Assembly (NCBI GenBank): GCA_965648935.1
Contig: CBFGIY010000026.1
Location: 1-28,404, forward strand
DNA from: a candidate division WOR-3 bacterium
GTDB lineage: Bacteria > Hydrothermota > Tepidihabitantia > Tepidihabitantales > Tepidihabitantaceae
Length of the DNA: 28,404 nt
Reading direction: 5' to 3'
The notes beneath the pieces were generated by a model. That model did no database searches, was not told where the DNA came from, and saw nothing but the letters and a program-made list of their open reading frames with translations. Of the stretch, positions 24,301 through 28,404 are shown in pieces. The number at the start of each line of letters is the position of its first letter. Position 1 is the first letter of the stretch. The position numbers and the translations under genes were made by a program.

Positions 24301-25036
24301 GGCTGGTGCCCGGCCCAAGTGGGACAAGGGTTCCTGGCTCTGTGCCGACGGCTCGGGCCGGCTGTTCGCCCACAAGGCCAAGTACCACGAGCTGCACACC
24401 TTCGACCCGATCGAGGGCCGCTGGCTCGAGCAGACAGACGGCATCCCGTTCGCCAGCCGCCAGACCGGCCGAAGCCGCAAGGCCAAGGACGGCTCGGACG
24501 CGACGCTCATGGGTGACGCGATATATGCCTTCAAGGGCGGCAACACCCAGGAGTTCTTCAACCTCCGCCTGCCGACGCGCGAGTGGGTCGAGAAGGAAAC
24601 GATTCCCGCGTTCGGCACCACCGGCAAGAGGAAGCGCGTCAAGGCGGGCGGCGCACTGGCCTCGGACGGCGCGCTCATCTATGCGCTGAAGGGCAACGCC
24701 ACCTGCGAGTTCTGGGTCTATGTCCCGGCCGCCGAGGGCGAGGCGATTCGCGGCGGCGTCCAGGCGCGCGAAGTGCCGGCGCAGGCCACTCTCGCGGTCG
24801 GGCCGAACCCGGCCCGCGCCGCGGCCGCTGTCCGCTGGTCTGGCCTGCTCCCTGCGCACTCGCCGCTGCTCACTCTGTACGATGCTTCCGGCCGCGTCGT
24901 CCTCACGCGGACCCTCGACCGCTCGACAGCCGGAACTCTCACTCTCGACGTCAGCTCCCTGCCCGCCGGGGTCTACCTCTTGCGCGCCGGCGCGCCCGGC
25001 ATCGGCCCAAGCCAGAAACTGGTGATAAGCCGCTAG
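21380..25036 (+). CDS. Large secreted protein: N-terminal domain, 5 CARDB-like Ig repeats, Kelch-like beta-propeller, T9SS-type CTD
   Basis: Signal peptide MYSRSMTATFVLCAVLLAVGIA; repeats D.....I..P...V.SG....P...VRN.G...LAGD..P.N[ND]; KGN.T..F..Y blades; C-terminus VGPNP...LYDASGRVV...LPAGVYLLR...KLVISR. Confidence 0.88.
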   Translation: MYSRSMTATFVLCAVLLAVGIAPAAPGPSQSVLWAEGGLFGRWQPADEVVELRTEHSKTFDNRDGTFSLLLSGPLHRLDSQGRWVDLDEAAVLANGGARGALLTGAESTRSIGNGPGIDNHIWGADVPYFRCQYLYLSTELMFNGWITALGFFGDGDGGGGDTINFARHWLKDTNYTSFASGAWDEPGNLAWGEGTLHIEERAGWVSQRLDEPVMHVHGKNLLVSYYHQDGTVERSQWYRFHSTGTTNRGKRGRSNSVNPPPQTVMTTRADILITYVPVFPDLQTVAILAPVDTVAHQAVVTPRATVRNNGPVPAISYSVRLNINGSYSNTQNKTELGIGGQTTISFGNWTASTLGDFAVACTTMLAGDTAPENNRATAAGFVRRLDAEALELVTPGAMVDSGERIVPQVRVRNNGNTTVTFPVLLTINGGYSNYAGAVNLGPGETRLLNFAEWTPPTRGSFTFTATTQLSGDQSSANNTVSRSVLVRVLDVAPVAITVPGAQVDSGQALLPAVTVRNRGNTTIQCELRVAISPDYSAAVTVSGLGPNESRSVALPQWLPVLRGPASVACTTSLAGDMVPDNDAIGGATFVAVRDVAVLSIEAPACSIPAGPIEARCRLMNHGNIRTPVAARFSVDAQPELFALIALNAGLPVGAETTVVFPELVIPVGDHVGLCSLYTAGDQVPDNNTLQTQFFAGSVDVAVVHILAPPTAVDTAAAVIPAVRVRNHGTVTALFDALFTIEQDGALEYESRRLALAADPGTELTVTFDEWTGERRPGRHLARCSVYATGDEQPANDTISRTVTVFIELAPHGWTELAPLPAGRTGRPAKDGAWLAYEASTAGIYAAKGNRTGDFFRYDPVSRGWLDRSPQPAGPENKPSGKGAAACSDNNGRIYAVKGNGTRAFWCYDVHADTWQQLADVPEGPSRARLKGGSDLAYVDHGDSQYVYLLKGRKSEFYRYNTATGEWQVLPDAPAGARPKWDKGSWLCADGSGRLFAHKAKYHELHTFDPIEGRWLEQTDGIPFASRQTGRSRKAKDGSDATLMGDAIYAFKGGNTQEFFNLRLPTREWVEKETIPAFGTTGKRKRVKAGGALASDGALIYALKGNATCEFWVYVPAAEGEAIRGGVQAREVPAQATLAVGPNPARAAAAVRWSGLLPAHSPLLTLYDASGRVVLTRTLDRSTAGTLTLDVSSLPAGVYLLRAGAPGIGPSQKLVISR
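22223..23800 (+). repeat. Five tandem ~104-aa CARDB-like repeats (312-315 nt period)
   Basis: Unit-start Asp codons at 22223, 22538, 22850, 23162, 23477. Confidence 0.85.
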
Positions 25037-25061
25037 CCGGCCCGACGGTTCAGGGTCTGTA

Positions 25062-25088
25062 GATGGCGCCCGCTTTGCGGGCGCCATC
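25062..25088 (+). terminator. Probable terminator
   Basis: GATGGCGCCCGC-TTT-GCGGGCGCCATC perfect 12-bp stem followed by GCTGTTT. Confidence 0.65.
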
Positions 25089-25093
25089 GCTGT

Positions 25094-25122
25094 TTGACAC
25101 CCGACGGCCCGACTCATAGAAT
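25094..25122 (+). promoter_or_regulatory. sigma70-type promoter
   Basis: TTGACA-N17-TAGAAT. Confidence 0.7.
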
Positions 25123-25198
25123 CGTCTGCGCCGCCGCGCGCCCGCGGCCCGAACCGGCGGCCCGGTCCTCTTGTCCGTTATCCACCAATGGAGGCGAG

Positions 25199-28100
25199 AT
25201 GAGGCTGTCTATTTCAGCGCTGCTGCTTCTGGCAGTCGCTACTGCCCTGGCCGCGCCCGACCCGCGGATGATTGTCCGGCTCGGCGCGCGCAGTTACGAA
25301 GAGCTGGCCCGCCACGTCGAGTTCGAGGGAACCACCCGCGAGATTGCCGGCGCCCGGCCCGGCGAAACCTACGACATCATATGCGACCGAAGCGACCTGC
25401 CTGCGCTTGAAGCATCGGGCCTCAAGCTTGAGGTAGTCGTCACCGACCTCGAGTCGCTCGCCCGGGTCCGCGCGCTGGACGGCAGCTACCAGTCCTACGA
25501 CACGATACTGGCCGCGCTGCGCAACCTCGCCGCGACCTACCCGGCCATCTGCCGCATCGAGAGCATCGGCCCGACTTACCAGAACCGCTGGATTCACGGC
25601 CTGAAGATCAGCGACAACCCGGGCAGCGACGAAGACGAGCCTGAGATGCTCTACTTCGGCTGCATCCACGCCCGCGAGTGGGCCACGCCCCAGGTCTGCC
25701 GCCACCTCGCCGACACGCTCATCCGCAACTATTCGACCAACACCGCGTTCCGGGACTACGTCAACACCCACGAAGTGTGGGTCTTCCCGGTGCTCAACCT
25801 CGACGGCTATATCTACGACTACCCGGCCGGCAACATGTGGCGCAAGAACCGCCAGCCCTACGGCGCGACCGGCTGCGACCTCAACCGCGACTTCAACGGA
25901 GCCTGCAACGGCGACCGCTTCGGCGACTGGGGCTCGCTCGCTGCCGGGTCCAGCACATCGCACGACTCGACGCAGGTCACCTGGTTCGGCGCGCGCGGCG
26001 CCTGGGGCGTCGAGACCAACGCGCTCCAGGAGTTCTTCAAGACCCGCACCTTTGTCGGCGTCATCTCGTTTCACTCCTACAGCGAGCTGGTGCTCTGGCC
26101 CAACGGCTACGGCCCGAAGGTGCGCGACAGCATCTACATCGCCAACCTTGGCACGCAGATGGCCTCGCGCATCGGCCGGCTCGCCGGCGGCACCTACACG
26201 CCCCAGCAGTCCAACGCCCTCTACCCGACCAACTGCGGCTCGGACGACTGGATGTGGGGCTGGGCCCACTACATCGGCGGCTTCCCCTGCATGAGCTACA
26301 CCGTCGAAGTCGGCACCCAGTTCTACCAGCCGGTCGCGGACCTCGACTCAATCATCACCGCCAACTTCCGCGGCGCCTGGTACCACATGCGGCAGGCCGA
26401 CTCAATCATCGCCGCGCTCGAGGGCGCGGTGCCGCGGCCGATCATTCACCCGCTCGACACTGTCGGCCCCGACTTCACCCTGCACTGGACCCCGATCCGG
26501 CCCGAACATAACCATCCCGACCGCTGGGAACTCGAAGAGCTCACCGGCCTCAGCGTCATCACCGAGGACTTCGAGGCCGCCAACTCCCGCTGGGTTCTGC
26601 AGGGCCCGGGTGTCACCCGCTCCACGACCCAGCGCCGCAGCGGCTCCTACAGCATCTACCTCGGCACCGGCAACAACATCGCCAACTGCGCGATGACCGC
26701 CGACCCGTATCCGGTCCAGCCCGGCGACTCGCTGGTGTTCTGGATCAACCACAGCACCCAGAGCGGCCGTGACGTGGCCGTGGCCGAGGTTGCGCTCGAA
26801 GGCCGCGAGTGGGTCCAGCTCCACAACCGCTTCACGGGCAGCTCCGGCGGCTGGCTGCGCCGGGCCTATTCGCTCGCGCCCTGGGCCGGCAAGTCTGTCT
26901 TCATCCGATTCCGCTATATGACCGACGGCAGCACCACTGGCTCCGGAGTGTACATTGACGATGTCTGGCCCGTGCCCGCGTTCTCCGGCCGCACCACGGT
27001 CTCATCGAATATCACAGACACGCTCTACTCCTTCCTCGGCAAGACGCCCGGCGACTACTGGTACCGGGCTCGCGGCCGCAACGCCGCCTGGGGCTGGAAT
27101 GACCAGGGCCCGCTCGAGCACGTCCATGTTGCCAGCCTTGATGCCGCCTGCGCTGCCATTCTTGCCCCGGCCGGCACGATCGACTCCGGCCCGGCCATCA
27201 CGCCGCGCGCCCGGGTGCGCAACACCGGTGCTCTTCCGGCAACATTCCCGGTGCGCATCCGCATCGGCGCCGGCTACACCGACACCCGCACGGTCACCGG
27301 CCTCGCCCCGGGCGATTCGATCGATGTCAGCTTCAACCCCTGGACACCGACCCGCGGCTCCTTCGCGGTCACCTGTTCGACCGAACTGGCCGGCGACGCC
27401 AACCCGGCCAACAACCGTCAGACCGGGTCGGTCACGGTGCGCGTTCTCGACGTCGCACCGGTGCGCATCGTCGCTCCGGCCGGCGTCATCGACTCCACTG
27501 GCCCGGTAACGCCGGCCTGCTCGCTTTACAACTACGGCACCGCCAGCGTGACCTACCCGGTCCGCCTGCGTATCGGCGCCGGGTACACCGAGGCCGCGAC
27601 GGTCACGAACCACGCGCCCGGCACGCGGGTATACCTCGAGTTCCCGGTCTGGGCCGCGCCACCGCGCGGCAGTCACGCCGTCGTCTGCTCGACCGAACTG
27701 GCCGGCGACCTCATCCCCGCCAACAACCGGCTCGCATCAAATGTCACGGTCAACGTCACCGATGTCGCGCCGGTGCGCATCGTCGCTCCGGCCGGCACCG
27801 TGCCGGTCGGCACGGCGGTTGCGCCCCTCTGCTCGCTCGCCAACTTCGGCACCACCACCCGCAGCTACACTGTCCGGCTCACGGTCGGCGCCGGCTATGA
27901 CCAGGTTGCCGGCGTCACCGACCACGCGCCCGGCACGACCATCGCGGTCACCTTCCCGGACTGGACCGCGAACTCGTCGGGTTCGTATGCCGTGGCCTGC
28001 TCGACCCGGCTTGCAACCGACGCCCGGCCCGACAACGACCGGCTCACCGGCTCGGTGTTCGCCGCGTTTGTGGATGTCGGAGTTGATGCAATACTCGAAC

Positions 28101-28404
28101 CGGTCGGAACGATACGGCCGGGCACGCTCATCACTCCCCGGGCCCGACTGCGCAACTACGCTTCAACCGACGCGATCCTCGCTACCGGCCTCGCCATCAC
28201 AAGCAACACGGGTGACACCGTTCACCGGTTCTCAATCACCGACATCGCTCTCCCCGCCGGGGCCACGGTCACGCTGGACTTCGGCCAGTGGCAGGCCGAA
28301 CCGGCCGGCGCTTACACGGTCGCGGCCCGGACCTACCTCGGCCCGGATGAGAACCCGGCCAACGACACCCTCTCGGTCGCGTTCCGCGTCGATGCCGGCG
28401 TGCC
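25199..28404 (+). CDS. Secreted M14 zinc carboxypeptidase (carboxypeptidase T-like) with jelly-roll domain and CARDB-like repeats; 3' end outside window
   Basis: Not in the ORF track (no stop). ATG 25199 after GGAGG; MRLSISALLLLAVATALA signal; LKISDNP, GCIHAREW, WRKNR, GCDLNRDF, SFHSYSELVLWP, GSDDW, YTVEVG; then EDFE...WAGKSVFIRFRYMTDG...GVYIDDV and four Ig-like repeats. Confidence 0.92.
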   Translation, partial: MRLSISALLLLAVATALAAPDPRMIVRLGARSYEELARHVEFEGTTREIAGARPGETYDIICDRSDLPALEASGLKLEVVVTDLESLARVRALDGSYQSYDTILAALRNLAATYPAICRIESIGPTYQNRWIHGLKISDNPGSDEDEPEMLYFGCIHAREWATPQVCRHLADTLIRNYSTNTAFRDYVNTHEVWVFPVLNLDGYIYDYPAGNMWRKNRQPYGATGCDLNRDFNGACNGDRFGDWGSLAAGSSTSHDSTQVTWFGARGAWGVETNALQEFFKTRTFVGVISFHSYSELVLWPNGYGPKVRDSIYIANLGTQMASRIGRLAGGTYTPQQSNALYPTNCGSDDWMWGWAHYIGGFPCMSYTVEVGTQFYQPVADLDSIITANFRGAWYHMRQADSIIAALEGAVPRPIIHPLDTVGPDFTLHWTPIRPEHNHPDRWELEELTGLSVITEDFEAANSRWVLQGPGVTRSTTQRRSGSYSIYLGTGNNIANCAMTADPYPVQPGDSLVFWINHSTQSGRDVAVAEVALEGREWVQLHNRFTGSSGGWLRRAYSLAPWAGKSVFIRFRYMTDGSTTGSGVYIDDVWPVPAFSGRTTVSSNITDTLYSFLGKTPGDYWYRARGRNAAWGWNDQGPLEHVHVASLDAACAAILAPAGTIDSGPAITPRARVRNTGALPATFPVRIRIGAGYTDTRTVTGLAPGDSIDVSFNPWTPTRGSFAVTCSTELAGDANPANNRQTGSVTVRVLDVAPVRIVAPAGVIDSTGPVTPACSLYNYGTASVTYPVRLRIGAGYTEAATVTNHAPGTRVYLEFPVWAAPPRGSHAVVCSTELAGDLIPANNRLASNVTVNVTDVAPVRIVAPAGTVPVGTAVAPLCSLANFGTTTRSYTVRLTVGAGYDQVAGVTDHAPGTTIAVTFPDWTANSSGSYAVACSTRLATDARPDNDRLTGSVFAAFVDVGVDAILEPVGTIRPGTLITPRARLRNYASTDAILATGLAITSNTGDTVHRFSITDIALPAGATVTLDFGQWQAEPAGAYTVAARTYLGPDENPANDTLSVAFRVDAGV
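27140..28390 (+). repeat. Four tandem CARDB-like repeats (309-312 nt period)
   Basis: Unit starts at 27140, 27449, 27761, 28073; identical 27-mer CCGGTGCGCATCGTCGCTCCGGCCGGC at 27458 and 27770. Confidence 0.85.

Noticed and set aside
25178..25186. DnaA-box-like TTATCCACC (also TTGTCCACA on minus near 14549 and GTATCCACA on minus near 15870) as oriC evidence
   Set aside because: Isolated 8/9 matches with no cluster and no AT-rich unwinding element.

Overview
High-GC bacterial chromosomal window with no integrase, transposase, CRISPR array or rRNA. Several secreted proteins carry T9SS-type/FlgD-like C-terminal domains, CARDB-like repeats or a Lys-rich Kelch-like propeller, which suggests an FCB-affiliated lineage such as WOR-3 (inference). 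Genes in order: partial CofE-like ligase divergent from murJ; PAC2-family protein; lipoprotein; parA-parB-M23 peptidase-LEA_2 lipoprotein-saccharopine dehydrogenase; an M15 peptidase + L,D-transpeptidase + Cys-less L,D-transpeptidase paralog operon; tRNA-Ser(GGA); two divergent secreted CTD proteins; K+/H+ antiporter; GT-B-like gene pair; Rrf2-ferredoxin-cupin-hcp operon; alpha/beta hydrolase; degenerate methyltransferase; two large secreted multidomain proteins, the last an M14 carboxypeptidase running off the window. The most unusual observations are: (i) an intergenic element with 14 consecutive 12-nt phased units next to a tandem NrdR-box-like pair and no nrd gene; (ii) an active/pseudo L,D-transpeptidase pair; (iii) a ~315-nt highly structured leader behind a perfect TTGACA/TATAAT promoter; (iv) pervasive 16-bp-spacer promoters and apparently leaderless genes; (v) a 25-codon Fpg-like micro-ORF coupled to the downstream gene. 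All calls are by eye; no searches were run.
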